Shown: positions 47,361-57,034 of the stretch, one piece after another | Layout: each line of letters opens with the position of its first letter | Position numbering within the stretch: the stretch's first letter is position 1 | Assembly (NCBI GenBank): GCA_963666735.1 | Contig: OY762926.1 | Span: 1,120,001 to 1,184,000, forward strand | DNA length: 64,000 nt | Direction: 5' to 3' | From: Gemmatimonadota bacterium | GTDB taxonomy: Bacteria; Gemmatimonadota; Gemmatimonadetes; Palauibacterales; Palauibacteraceae | Translations under genes and position numbers: made by a program | Notes under the pieces: model-generated | The model's input: the letters and a program-made list of their open reading frames with translations, nothing else | What the model was told of the DNA's origin: nothing | The model's database searches: none

Positions 47361-49055
47361 GTGATTCGACAGATGTTGCGCGCGGCGCTGATGGCTCCGG
47401 TCGTTGCCTCGGCCTGCGCGGCCCCGGCGCCCGATTACGATGTCCTCATCCGCGGCGGGACGGTCTACGACGGGTCCGGAGACCCTCCGCGCACCGCGGA
47501 CGTGGCGATCGCCGGCGACACGATCGCGGGCATCGGCGACTTCGCCTCGGCCTCCGCCGGCATGACGGTCGACGCGGCCGGGCTCGCGGTGTCTCCCGGA
47601 TTCATCAACATGCTCTCGTGGGCGACCGAGTCGCTCATCGCCGATGGTCGTTCGCTGAGCGACATCCGCCAGGGCGTCACGCTCGAGGTGTTCGGCGAGG
47701 GCAACTCCATGGGACCGCTGAACCCGGAGATGAAGGCGGACATGCTCGGCCGCCAGGGCGACGTGCGCTTCGAGGTGCCGTGGACGTCGCTCGGGGAGTA
47801 CCTGAACCACCTCGTGGAACGCGGCGTGGCGACCAACGTCGCCTCCTACATCGGGGCCACGACCGTGCGCGTGCACGAGGTCGGCCACGAGGACCGCCCC
47901 CCGGCGCCGGAGGAACTCGGGCGGATGCAGGACCTCGTGCGGGAGGCGATGCGCGAGGGCGCCCTCGGCGTCGGCTCGTCGCTCATCTACGCTCCGGCCT
48001 TCTACGCCGACACCGATGAACTCATTGCCCTCGCGAGCGCGGCCGGAGAGTTCGGCGGCGGCTACATCTCCCACCTGCGGAGCGAGGGGAACCGGCTCAT
48101 CGAGTCCGTGGACGAACTGATCGCGATCGCCCGGGAAGCCGGCGTGAGGGCGGAGATCTATCACCTGAAGGCCGCCGGGAGCGACAACTGGGCGAAGCTC
48201 GACGAGGTCATCGAGCGCGTGGAGCGGGCGCGGGAGGAGGGACTCGAGATCACGGCCGACATGTACACCTACACGGCCGGCTCGACCGGGCTCGATGCTG
48301 CGATGCCGCCGTGGATCCACGAGGGTGGGCACGCCGCGATGATCGAGCGCCTCCGCGACGCCGAAACGCGCGAGCGGATCGCGGCGGAAATGCGGACGCC
48401 CACCGATGAGTGGGAGAACCTGCTGCTCGCCGCCGGCTCCCCCGACCGCGCGCTTCTCGTCGGCTTCCGGCAAGATTCCCTCAAGTACCTGACGGGCCGG
48501 ACGCTCGCCGACGTGGCGGAGTCGCGGGGCACGGGCATCGAAGAAACCGCGATGGATCTCGTGGTGCAGGACGACAGCCGCGTGGGGACGGTCTATTTCA
48601 TGATGTCGGAGGAGAACGTGAAGCGTCAGATCGCGATTCCGTGGGTGAGCTTCGGATCCGACGCGGGATCGCTCGCGCCGGAGGAACCCTTCGTGCGCTC
48701 GAGCACCCACCCGCGCGCGTACGGCAACTTCGCGCGGCTCCTCGGCAGGTACGTGCGCGACGAAGGCATCATCCCGTTGGAAGAGGCGGTCCGGAAACTC
48801 ACCTCGCTGCCGGCCGCCAACCTCAGGGTGGAGGGGCGCGGCCGGCTCGCGCCCGGCTATTTTGCCGACGTCGTGATCTTCGACCCCGCCGCGATCGCAG
48901 ACCATGCGACGTTCGAGGAGCCCCACCGGCTGGCGACGGGCGTGCGCGATGTGTTCGTGAACGGCGTACAGGTGCTTTCGGGGGGCGATCCGACGGGCGC
49001 CACACCCGGGCGCGTGGTCCGGGGCCCGGGGTGGGAGGGCGCCTCCCGGCCGTGA
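47361..49055 (+). CDS. N-acyl-D-amino-acid deacylase (D-aminoacylase) lipoprotein
   Basis: GGAGG + GTG; lipobox ASAC; IRGGTVYDGSG, SHLRSE, YHLK, GSDA, HPRAYGNF. Confidence 0.9.
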   Translation: MIRQMLRAALMAPVVASACAAPAPDYDVLIRGGTVYDGSGDPPRTADVAIAGDTIAGIGDFASASAGMTVDAAGLAVSPGFINMLSWATESLIADGRSLSDIRQGVTLEVFGEGNSMGPLNPEMKADMLGRQGDVRFEVPWTSLGEYLNHLVERGVATNVASYIGATTVRVHEVGHEDRPPAPEELGRMQDLVREAMREGALGVGSSLIYAPAFYADTDELIALASAAGEFGGGYISHLRSEGNRLIESVDELIAIAREAGVRAEIYHLKAAGSDNWAKLDEVIERVERAREEGLEITADMYTYTAGSTGLDAAMPPWIHEGGHAAMIERLRDAETRERIAAEMRTPTDEWENLLLAAGSPDRALLVGFRQDSLKYLTGRTLADVAESRGTGIEETAMDLVVQDDSRVGTVYFMMSEENVKRQIAIPWVSFGSDAGSLAPEEPFVRSSTHPRAYGNFARLLGRYVRDEGIIPLEEAVRKLTSLPAANLRVEGRGRLAPGYFADVVIFDPAAIADHATFEEPHRLATGVRDVFVNGVQVLSGGDPTGATPGRVVRGPGWEGASRP

Positions 49056-49103
49056 CGGGCCATGCAGGCCCGCAGCCGGCAGCCGTCAGTTGCCGGAGCC
49101 GGC

Positions 49104-50846
49104 TTAGTTGCCGCGGGCCCCGCCGTCGAAAGCGCGGCTGTCGGAGGCGCCCCAGCGGAGTCCCGTGTCCCAGTCGATGTAGATCCCCATCGCCTGCCCC
49201 TGTCCGCCCCGGGTCCGCGTCGCGTGTCCCAAGCCCTCGTAGAGACGCTTCGTGTCGGGCGAGAAGCCCCACTCCTCGAACGAGGTCACGTCGGGCAGCC
49301 ACTGGTGGTGGATGCGAGGCGACTCGATGGCCCGGCCGAACTGCGACCCGGTCATCCCGTGGTCGACGACGTTCAGCACGACCTGCAGCGTGGTGTTGAT
49401 GATCGTCCGCCCCCCCGGGCTCCCGATCGCGAGCACCGGCCGGCCGTCACGCGCGACGATCGTCGGCGTCATGCTGGACAGCGGCTGCTTCTCGGGCGCC
49501 ACGAGATTGGGCGGCGTCCCGATCGTACCGCGTGAATTCGTGCGTCCGGGAATCGCGTTGAAGTCGCCGAGTTCATTGTTCAGCAGGAAGCCGGCGCCGG
49601 GCACGACGATGCTCGACCCGTAGCCGAACTCGAGCGTGTAGGTGACCGAGACCGCGTTCCCCTCGGAGTCCACCACGGAGTAGTGGGTCGTCTCCTCGCT
49701 CTCGTGCAGGAAGGCGCCGTTGAAGGCCGCCGAATCACTCCGGGAGGCGCGCTCCATGTCGATGCTCGCCCTCAGGAGCCCGGCGTATTCCTTGGAGGTC
49801 AAACGGTCGACCGGCATCTCCGGATTGAACTTCGGGTCTCCGAGATGGAGTGCCCGGTCCGCGTACGAGCGCCGCATCGATTCGGTGAGCAGGTGCAGGT
49901 AGAGCGCCGAGTTGTGGCCGATCTCCGCCAGGTCGTATCCCTCGAGGATGTTGAGCATCTCCACGAGCCCCGTGCCGCCCGAACTGGGCGGCGGCATCGA
50001 ATAGACGTCGTAGCCCCGGTACGTCCCGTGGATCGGGGTCAGCTCGTCCGCCTCGTAGCGCGCCAGGTCTTCCTCCGTGATGAGACCTCCGTGCTCCGCC
50101 ATGAAGCCGGCCAGCAGCTTCGCCGTCGTGCCGCGGTAGAAGCCGTCGTGTCCGTCGCTCCGGATGCGGCGCAGCGTAGCGGCGAGGTCCGGCTGCCGGA
50201 AGGTTTCCCCCGGCTCGTACAGGCGGACGCCGTCCTTGAGGAAGGCCTCGCGGGTCGCGTCGTAGAGCGGCCCTTCCCGGCCGGGCAGCGAGCGAAGCCA
50301 GTTCTGCATCGCCCACGTGGAGGGCATGCCGTCCTCGGCCAGACGGATCGCCGGCTCGACGAGATCCGCCCACGGCAGCCGGCCCAGGCGCTGGTGCGCC
50401 TTCCACATGCCGGCCACGGTGCCGGGCACCCCGACGGCGAGCAGGCCGATGTGGTTCGAGTTGTCCCGGACTTCGCCGTTGTCGCCCAGGTACATGCGCT
50501 CCGTCGCCGCGAGCGCGGCCTTCTCGCGGAAGTTGAACGTCGTCACCTCCCCGTCCGCCCCGTGGTACACGAGGAAACCGCCGCCGCCCACGTTGCCGGC
50601 CGAGGGCAGGGTCACGGCCAGCGCAAAGGCCGTGGCCACCGCCGCGTCGACCGCGTTGCCGCCCTGGTTCAGAATCTCCTGGCCCGCCTCCGAAGCGAGG
50701 TAATGGCTGCTCACGACCATGCCCCCCCGCGACGGCGCCGCCATGCGGCCCGACTGGGCGGCGAGCGGCGCGAAGACGACCATGTTGATGGACACGCACA
50801 GGGCGAGGGTCCGGGCGACGAACGCGAATGCGTGCTTCCGGGGCAT
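49104..50846 (-). CDS. ggt: Gamma-glutamyltransferase
   Basis: GGNAVDAAVA, PPPSSGG, ETTHYSVVD (nucleophile Thr), LSSMTP, GSPGG. Confidence 0.95.
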   Translation of the reverse strand: MPRKHAFAFVARTLALCVSINMVVFAPLAAQSGRMAAPSRGGMVVSSHYLASEAGQEILNQGGNAVDAAVATAFALAVTLPSAGNVGGGGFLVYHGADGEVTTFNFREKAALAATERMYLGDNGEVRDNSNHIGLLAVGVPGTVAGMWKAHQRLGRLPWADLVEPAIRLAEDGMPSTWAMQNWLRSLPGREGPLYDATREAFLKDGVRLYEPGETFRQPDLAATLRRIRSDGHDGFYRGTTAKLLAGFMAEHGGLITEEDLARYEADELTPIHGTYRGYDVYSMPPPSSGGTGLVEMLNILEGYDLAEIGHNSALYLHLLTESMRRSYADRALHLGDPKFNPEMPVDRLTSKEYAGLLRASIDMERASRSDSAAFNGAFLHESEETTHYSVVDSEGNAVSVTYTLEFGYGSSIVVPGAGFLLNNELGDFNAIPGRTNSRGTIGTPPNLVAPEKQPLSSMTPTIVARDGRPVLAIGSPGGRTIINTTLQVVLNVVDHGMTGSQFGRAIESPRIHHQWLPDVTSFEEWGFSPDTKRLYEGLGHATRTRGGQGQAMGIYIDWDTGLRWGASDSRAFDGGARGN

Positions 50847-50955
50847 CAGGGGGCCTCCTCTACGGGTGTCACGGGCAGCGTCGCACAATCGCGGGCGACG
50901 TCGCGCAATGTCGGGTGACTCCGCGCGGTCGGAAAGAGCGGCCGGAAGAACCCCG

Positions 50956-51858
50956 TCAATTCGAGAGCGGCACGAGCGCGACCGCGCGCAGGGGGCCGCC
51001 CGATCCGCCCGAGATCTTCATTGGCAGGGCGATGACGGTCGCGCCGCAGGCCGGCAGGCGGTCGAGGTTGGTGAGATTCTCGAGACCCGGCGCGTTCGCC
51101 GCGGCAACGATCTGATGTACGATGAAATCGGTCGACGCCCCGTAGTCGATGGAGGCCACATCGGCTCCGAGAGCAGCGGCCCCGCGCGCCTCGACGAGGA
51201 GGCGCGCGGCCGCCTCCCCGTAGCTCGGGAAGTGGAGTTGCGAGGCATCTCCCGGCGTGTCGTCGCCGAGGTAGGAGAGAGCGTCGGGCCAGCGCGCACT
51301 CCATCCCGTGCGAAGGAGAACGAGGCTTCCGGACTCGATCCGGCCGTGCTCCGCCTCGTGCGCCTCGACGTCGGCCACGGTCAATCGATAGTCGACATCA
51401 TCGGCCGCCTGAGCGGTCATGTCGATCACGACCGCCGGACCGATGAGCCGCCTGAGCGGGATCGATGCGACGTCCGGCCCTCCTTCGAGGAAATGGATGG
51501 GGGCATCGATGTGGGTGCCGCCGTGCTCGGCCGTCGCAAGGGAGTAGGCGGAGTAGAAGTAACCGCCCTCGGTCTCGCCGAAGGCCAGTTCTTCCAGCGC
51601 GAACCCCGCCGTGTCCGTCGGCCAGTAGACCGTCTCGTCGCCGAAGGCGTGGCTGAGGTCGACGAAGCCGTAGCCCTCCAGATCGAGCGGTCCCCGAGCT
51701 GCCCCGCCCAAGTCCTCCGAAGCGGCCGGTGTCTCGCCGGGTGCCTCGCTTGGTGTCTCGCCTGTCTCGCCCGGCGTCTCCACCCAGACCGAACAGGCCA
51801 CCGCCGCGCACCCCAGGAGGGCAACTGCCGCCGCACGCGAAAGCTCCGAAATCGCCAT
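50956..51858 (-). CDS. Cyclase/kynurenine-formamidase-family lipoprotein
   Basis: EHGGTHIDAPIHF, LRTGW, ENLTNL, GSGGPLR; lipobox AVAC; PGET repeat linker. Confidence 0.9.
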   Translation of the reverse strand: MAISELSRAAAVALLGCAAVACSVWVETPGETGETPSEAPGETPAASEDLGGAARGPLDLEGYGFVDLSHAFGDETVYWPTDTAGFALEELAFGETEGGYFYSAYSLATAEHGGTHIDAPIHFLEGGPDVASIPLRRLIGPAVVIDMTAQAADDVDYRLTVADVEAHEAEHGRIESGSLVLLRTGWSARWPDALSYLGDDTPGDASQLHFPSYGEAAARLLVEARGAAALGADVASIDYGASTDFIVHQIVAAANAPGLENLTNLDRLPACGATVIALPMKISGGSGGPLRAVALVPLSN

Positions 51859-51946
51859 GTTTCCTCTCCCTTCCCTCCGTGACCGCCCGGGGCGGTGTCC
51901 GGGCTTGGAAAGTGGCGACTCGCGGTTGGCGAAGCGAGATTCGCGC

Positions 51947-52831
51947 ATGCGCAGGATCACTCGGGGTCTTCTCGTCGTATTCCTTGCCTCCCTCGGATAC
52001 GGGGCCCTGCCGATCTTCGCCAAGCTCGCATTCGCCGCGGGAGTCGACGTCCTGCCGTTGCTGGCGTGGCGCTTCCTGCTCGGGAGCGGGGTGCTGTGGC
52101 TCTTCGTGGTCGCCACCGGGCGGCCCCGGCCTCCGCGCGGACGACTGACCGGCCTCGCCCTGCTCGGTCTGCTGTACGCATTCAATTCGGTGTGCTACAT
52201 GCTCGGCCTCGACCGACTGCCGGCCTCGGTCGCGACGCTGGTCCTGTTCAGCTATCCGGCGATGACCGTGCTCCTGGCGCGGTTCTGGGTCGGCGAGCGG
52301 CTGACTCCGCGTCGCATCGCCGCCCTGGTGCTCACGACCATCGGGTGCGCGCTGACCGTCGGAACCGGACTCGGAGGGGGCGATGCGCTGGGCGTGGGAC
52401 TCGTCATGCTCGCGGTCGTGTTCCTGGCGTCGTGGATCGTGCGGAGCCACGGAGTCTTTGCCGGGCTTCCACCCATCTCAGCCACGGCCACGGTGCTGGC
52501 CTCCACCGCCGTCGCGATCTCGGTCGCGGGTCTCGCCACGGGGGGAATCGGCGTGCCCCTCGCCCCCACACCGCTTCTCCTGCTGGGCGCGATCGGCCTC
52601 TTCTCGACCGCCATCCCCATCACCGCCTTCCTCATCGGGATCCAGTGGATCGGCCCGGGCAGGGCGGCGACCGCCGCCACCATGGAGCCCGCCGTGACGC
52701 TCGCGCTCGCCGCCGCCGTGCTCGGCGACCGCCTTTCCGCCGGACAATGGTTCGGCGCCGCGCTCATCCTGGCCGGCGTGATCTCGCTTCGGGTCGAGCC
52801 CCGGGCGGATGTCGCCGACGGTCACCCCTGA
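51947..52831 (+). CDS. EamA/DMT family transporter
   Basis: About 10 TMs in two EamA halves; WRF, SYP, MEP, GAALILAG. Confidence 0.9.
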   Translation: MRRITRGLLVVFLASLGYGALPIFAKLAFAAGVDVLPLLAWRFLLGSGVLWLFVVATGRPRPPRGRLTGLALLGLLYAFNSVCYMLGLDRLPASVATLVLFSYPAMTVLLARFWVGERLTPRRIAALVLTTIGCALTVGTGLGGGDALGVGLVMLAVVFLASWIVRSHGVFAGLPPISATATVLASTAVAISVAGLATGGIGVPLAPTPLLLLGAIGLFSTAIPITAFLIGIQWIGPGRAATAATMEPAVTLALAAAVLGDRLSAGQWFGAALILAGVISLRVEPRADVADGHP

Positions 52832-52853
52832 TGCGCGCGCACCTCGCGGCACT

Positions 52854-52880
52854 CCAACCTTCCGGGCGCAGGGCGCGTCT
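52854..52880 (+). promoter_or_regulatory. Putative ECF autoregulatory promoter CCAAC-N17-CGTCT
   Basis: AAC at 52856-52858 and CGTCT at 52876-52880, 30 bp upstream of the ECF sigma gene. Confidence 0.65.
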
Positions 52881-52910
52881 CAAGATCGAAACAGGAACGC
52901 GGACCAGGAC

Positions 52911-53492
52911 GTGATCGAACCGAACGGCAAATCCCGGGAGCATGGGCCGGACGCCAGGGCGGAGGGGCAGCTTTCCGCCGGCGCCGGGGCGGATGTGCGG
53001 GCGGCGGCGTTCGGGGATGACGAGGCGTTCGAGCGCATTTACCGCGCCCACGTGTCGCGGATCTACGGCCTCGCGTGCCGAATGGCCGGGAGCGAGCGGG
53101 CGGACGAACTCACGCAGGATGTCTTCGTCCGGGCGTGGGAGAAGCTCGGGACGTTCCGCGGCGAATCGGCTTTCAGTTCGTGGCTGTACCGGCTGGCGGT
53201 GAACCTCCTGTGCAGCCGGCTGCGAGCCCTGAAGCTGCAGAGGGAACGGGAGACGGCGAGCGAGATTTCTCTGGCCACGGCCCGGGCGCGGCACGACAGC
53301 ATCGAGATCCGCCTCGACTTCGAGGTCGCTCTCGAACGGCTCCCGGATGGGGCGCGCGAGGTCTTCGTCCTGCACGACGTGGAGGGATACAAGCACCGCG
53401 AAATCGCGGAGCGGATGGACATCACTGCCGGTACGTCCAAGTCCCAGCTGCACCGGGCACGGATGATTCTGAGACGGCACCTGGACAGGTAG
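52911..53492 (+). CDS. ECF RNA polymerase sigma factor
   Basis: GDDEAFERIY, TQDVFVRAW, FSSWLYRLAVN, LHDVEGYKHREIA, GTSKSQLHRAR. Confidence 0.95.
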   Translation: MIEPNGKSREHGPDARAEGQLSAGAGADVRAAAFGDDEAFERIYRAHVSRIYGLACRMAGSERADELTQDVFVRAWEKLGTFRGESAFSSWLYRLAVNLLCSRLRALKLQRERETASEISLATARARHDSIEIRLDFEVALERLPDGAREVFVLHDVEGYKHREIAERMDITAGTSKSQLHRARMILRRHLDR

Positions 53493-53500
53493 GTGAGCCG

Positions 53501-54262
53501 ATGACAGACCGAGAACAGCGGAAAGATCGCTTTCGGGACCGGCTTTCGGAGTACATCGACGGCAACCTCGGCGTCGAGGAAGAGGTCCTGATCGAGCGGC
53601 ACCTGGAGCGTTGCGAGGACTGCGCCCGGACGGTCGTCGAACTCGAGGCGGTCGTGGACCGGGCCGCGAGCCTCGGGCCGCGCGAGCCGGCCGAGGATCT
53701 CTGGCCCGGCATCGCCGAGCGGATCGGCACCCCCGCCGCCGGTCTCGCGGGCGCGGCGCGCGACATCTCCGAAGCGCCGACCCGGCGCAGATCGCCCGCC
53801 CGCCGCATCGCGCGTTTCGCGCCGCAACTCGCGGCCGGCGTCGCGCTGGTGTGGCTTTCCGCCGCTCTCGTATGGATGGCCGTGGCGCGGGACGACGCCG
53901 AGGGGAACCCGGGCACCGCGGGTGCCGTCCCGGGGCTCGGCGCTCCGTCGCTCCTGCCCCCGGCCGTGCGAAGCGTCTCGACGCTGGAGGAACGGGAGGA
54001 CGGCGGGTCGATCGCCGAGGACTACGCCCGCCTCATCTCCGAACTCGAACGCGTGCTGTTCGAGTCGGAGCGGCCGCTGCCGCCGGAGACCGTGGCGCGT
54101 ATCCGCCGCGCCCTCGTGACGATCGACCGGGCCATCGAGGACGCGCGGGCGGCGCTTCTCGAGCTGCCCGACGACCCCTACATCCGGCAACACATGGAGA
54201 ACACGATGCGGCGCAAATCGGAGTTCCTTGTCCAAGCCGTGCAGCTCGCGGCGACAGACTGA
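53501..54262 (+). CDS. zf-HC2 anti-sigma factor
   Basis: LSEYIDG..HLERCEDC (HxxxCxxC), one TM, helical periplasmic domain. Confidence 0.9.
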   Translation: MTDREQRKDRFRDRLSEYIDGNLGVEEEVLIERHLERCEDCARTVVELEAVVDRAASLGPREPAEDLWPGIAERIGTPAAGLAGAARDISEAPTRRRSPARRIARFAPQLAAGVALVWLSAALVWMAVARDDAEGNPGTAGAVPGLGAPSLLPPAVRSVSTLEEREDGGSIAEDYARLISELERVLFESERPLPPETVARIRRALVTIDRAIEDARAALLELPDDPYIRQHMENTMRRKSEFLVQAVQLAATD

Positions 54263-55113
54263 TGGCCCCGGCGACGATCTTGCTGGCGGCTCTCGCAGCG
54301 ACGAGCCCAGGCGCGCGCGATACGACGTTCGCGGTGCCCGAGGGGGCGCGTATCGAGATCGAACACCGCGACGGAGATATCCGCGTGATGGGGACCGTCG
54401 GCCGCGAGGCGCGGGTCGTGCTCGACGACGAGGACGGCAGCATTCGCGTGCAATCTTCGGGTGGCGCGATTCGGCTCGGCACGAGCCGGGGCGGCGACGG
54501 CGCGAACTTCCTCATCTGGCTTCCGGAGGATGTCGACGTGAGCGTGGCCGGACACGAGGGCGACATCACCGTCTCCGGCATCGCCCGGGGCGGGGTGACC
54601 GTGAGAACGGCCGATGGAGACGTGGAGATCGACGGGGCCGCCCGCGTCAGCGTCGCCACGCTGGACGGCACCGTGAAGATATCGAACGCGGGACCCGCGA
54701 CGGTCAGCGTGACGGACGGCGACGTGTGGCTCGACCGGGTCGCGGGAGAGATGAGCCTGAGCGGGATCGACGCCGACATCGTCGTCACGAACGCCGACAC
54801 GCGCGCGATCGCGGTCACCGTAGTGGACGGCGACGTCTGGTACGACGGCGCCCTTCGGGCGGACGGCAGCTACTCGTTCAGCACCCACGACGGCGATGTG
54901 ACGTTCGCCGTCCCGGAGAACGCCGGCGCCCGCATCTCCGTGTCCACCTTCGACGGAGAACTCGTCCCCTCCTTCCCCGTGCAGTTCCGGGGAGGCCGTC
55001 TGCGGGGCGGCGAGTTCACGGTCGGGGACGGATCCGCCGCCGTGACGCTGAAGTCGTTCGACGGAGACATCCTCCTCATCCGGCCGGGGGAACGCACCCC
55101 CGACCTCGACTAG
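54262..55113 (+). CDS. DUF4097 (adhesin-like beta-strand repeat) protein
   Basis: Repeating T.DGDV units; TGATG coupling to the anti-sigma gene. Confidence 0.85.
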   Translation: MAPATILLAALAATSPGARDTTFAVPEGARIEIEHRDGDIRVMGTVGREARVVLDDEDGSIRVQSSGGAIRLGTSRGGDGANFLIWLPEDVDVSVAGHEGDITVSGIARGGVTVRTADGDVEIDGAARVSVATLDGTVKISNAGPATVSVTDGDVWLDRVAGEMSLSGIDADIVVTNADTRAIAVTVVDGDVWYDGALRADGSYSFSTHDGDVTFAVPENAGARISVSTFDGELVPSFPVQFRGGRLRGGEFTVGDGSAAVTLKSFDGDILLIRPGERTPDLD

Positions 55114-55147
55114 CACTAGCAACAAGAGCCAAGAAACCGGGAGCAGC

Positions 55148-55960
55148 ATGATGCGGAATACAGCGCGGAATACCGTACGGAATACAGCGCGACCACTCGC
55201 CGCGGCAGCGGCCTGGCTGATGATCTGGGGGGCGGCGGAAACACGGGCCCAGGACTTCGAGTGGCGGGGCTCCGTGGATCGCGGAGACGCTGTCACGATC
55301 CGGGGCGTGAACGGCTCCATCACGGCGAGTGCCGCGAGCGGCAGCCAGGTCCAGGTGCGGGCCACGAAGGAATGGGACGATGACGATCCGGATTCGGTCC
55401 GCATCGAGGTGGTCGAGGACTCGCGCGGCGTCCTCATCTGCGCCGTCTACCCGTCGCGGCGCGGGCGCGACCCGAACCGGTGCGGGCGCGGCGACGACTA
55501 CGAGATGAGCGTCCGGAACAACGACGTGAAAGTACACTTCACGGTGGAGGTCCCGGCCGGCGTCGAACTGGAGGCCCGGAGCGTGAACGGGGAGATCGAG
55601 GCGCGCGGCATCGCCGACGACGTGGAGGCGCGCACGGTGAACGGCGGGATCGCGATCGAAGGCGACGGTCCGGTGTCGGCGGAAACGGTGAACGGATCGA
55701 TCGAGGCGCGACTGGGAAGCGCACCTTCCGAGGACCTCCGCTTCAAGACCGTGAACGGAGGCATCCAGCTCGTGCTCCCGACCGGGACCAACGCCGACAT
55801 CGACATCCGGACGGTCAACGGCTCCATCGACACGGATTTCCCGCTCACCATCCGCGGGCGCTGGGGACCCAAATCCGCTTCCGGCGAGATCGGCGCGGGA
55901 GGCCCGGAAATCGAGGTGAGCACGGTGAACGGAAGCATCGCCCTCGTCCGCGGAGGCTGA
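55148..55960 (+). CDS. DUF4097 (adhesin-like beta-strand repeat) protein
   Basis: Repeating TVNGSI units; signal peptide containing an RNTA/RNTV/RNTA repeat. Confidence 0.87.
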   Translation: MMRNTARNTVRNTARPLAAAAAWLMIWGAAETRAQDFEWRGSVDRGDAVTIRGVNGSITASAASGSQVQVRATKEWDDDDPDSVRIEVVEDSRGVLICAVYPSRRGRDPNRCGRGDDYEMSVRNNDVKVHFTVEVPAGVELEARSVNGEIEARGIADDVEARTVNGGIAIEGDGPVSAETVNGSIEARLGSAPSEDLRFKTVNGGIQLVLPTGTNADIDIRTVNGSIDTDFPLTIRGRWGPKSASGEIGAGGPEIEVSTVNGSIALVRGG

Positions 55961-55969
55961 AGGGGCCCT

Positions 55970-57034
55970 TTACCGGATTAGGAGTTCCGAGTGGAGGTAC
56001 GGCTTGAGAGCGGATTCGAGGTTCGCCATCGCCGAGGCCAACACTTCGAATACGGCTCCCCAGCGTTCTTCGTCACGGTAGCCGCCATCGTAGGTCTTCC
56101 GAACCTGACAATGCCCAAGTCCTTCCTTGGCGTCCCAATCCAGCTCCGAACCGAACCTCCCCTCGATCTCCTCCTTCTTGCGGGCGAGCGCCTCGAAGGC
56201 ACGCTCATGCTCCGTTCCCTGAAGGTAGAGGCAGGCAGCGGCGTCGTGCGCCCGGGCCCAGTAGTAGAAGGTGAGCGAAAGGCCCTTGATCCGCGCTCCC
56301 GCCGAGGCGCCGAGGAAATTTTCATTGCCGGGTTTACAATTCGCGTGGAGCTGAGTCTTCGGCTTCGCGTGCTCCAGCAATCCCGCCCAGAAACGCGAAA
56401 TCAGTTGAGCGGTTTCCGGTCTTTCCCGGGACCGGCTTCGATGACGTGCCTTACCTTCGGGTACGACGGTCGCAAGATGGAGCAGACGGCCTCCATCATC
56501 ACTCTGGAACAAGGTGAACTCCCGGCATGAGAGCCGAATCCCCTGCTCATTCAGGTAAGCTGCGGTAGACCGAATCCTGTCCGTCACACCTTGGCCGACG
56601 ATCACGATCCGATGACCCTGGTTGAACTCCTCGACGGCATCCTCAAGTCCAAAATACTTCGCATGCCGCTCGGCCATGCTGAGCGAATCATCTCCTTTGA
56701 AGCGCCGCAACAACTCCTCCAGATCTCTTTCCCCCAGTTTCGCAGCCCAAGCTGCGTACTCCAGCGCTTGGGCGATCACATCCCTGGGCGTGTCATCACG
56801 CTTCAACTCGACGACCACCACGCCGCCCTGCCGATCCAAGCCGAGAAGGTCGATGCGGCCTCCGAGATCGGTACGAATCTCCCGACCGAGGACGAGCATC
56901 TTCGCGTCGTCCAGGATCCCGTCCGGGTTCGCCCCGAGCCAGTTCTGAAGCTCGGCCTCCTCGTGCTCGACCTCGAACTGCCTCGGTTCATACACCGTGA
57001 AGCTCTCACCGTCGCCAATGCCAAAGATTCGCAA
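55970..57034 (-). CDS. NucS-like PD-(D/E)XK endonuclease fused to a DUF4268-like domain
   Basis: EAELQNWL, GRE..GRIDLLGLD..VVVELKR..AQALEY; C-terminal FWAGLL..KEEIE.RFGSELDW. Visibly lower GC; TTG start inferred. Confidence 0.75.
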   Translation of the reverse strand: MRIFGIGDGESFTVYEPRQFEVEHEEAELQNWLGANPDGILDDAKMLVLGREIRTDLGGRIDLLGLDRQGGVVVVELKRDDTPRDVIAQALEYAAWAAKLGERDLEELLRRFKGDDSLSMAERHAKYFGLEDAVEEFNQGHRIVIVGQGVTDRIRSTAAYLNEQGIRLSCREFTLFQSDDGGRLLHLATVVPEGKARHRSRSRERPETAQLISRFWAGLLEHAKPKTQLHANCKPGNENFLGASAGARIKGLSLTFYYWARAHDAAACLYLQGTEHERAFEALARKKEEIEGRFGSELDWDAKEGLGHCQVRKTYDGGYRDEERWGAVFEVLASAMANLESALKPYLHSELLIR

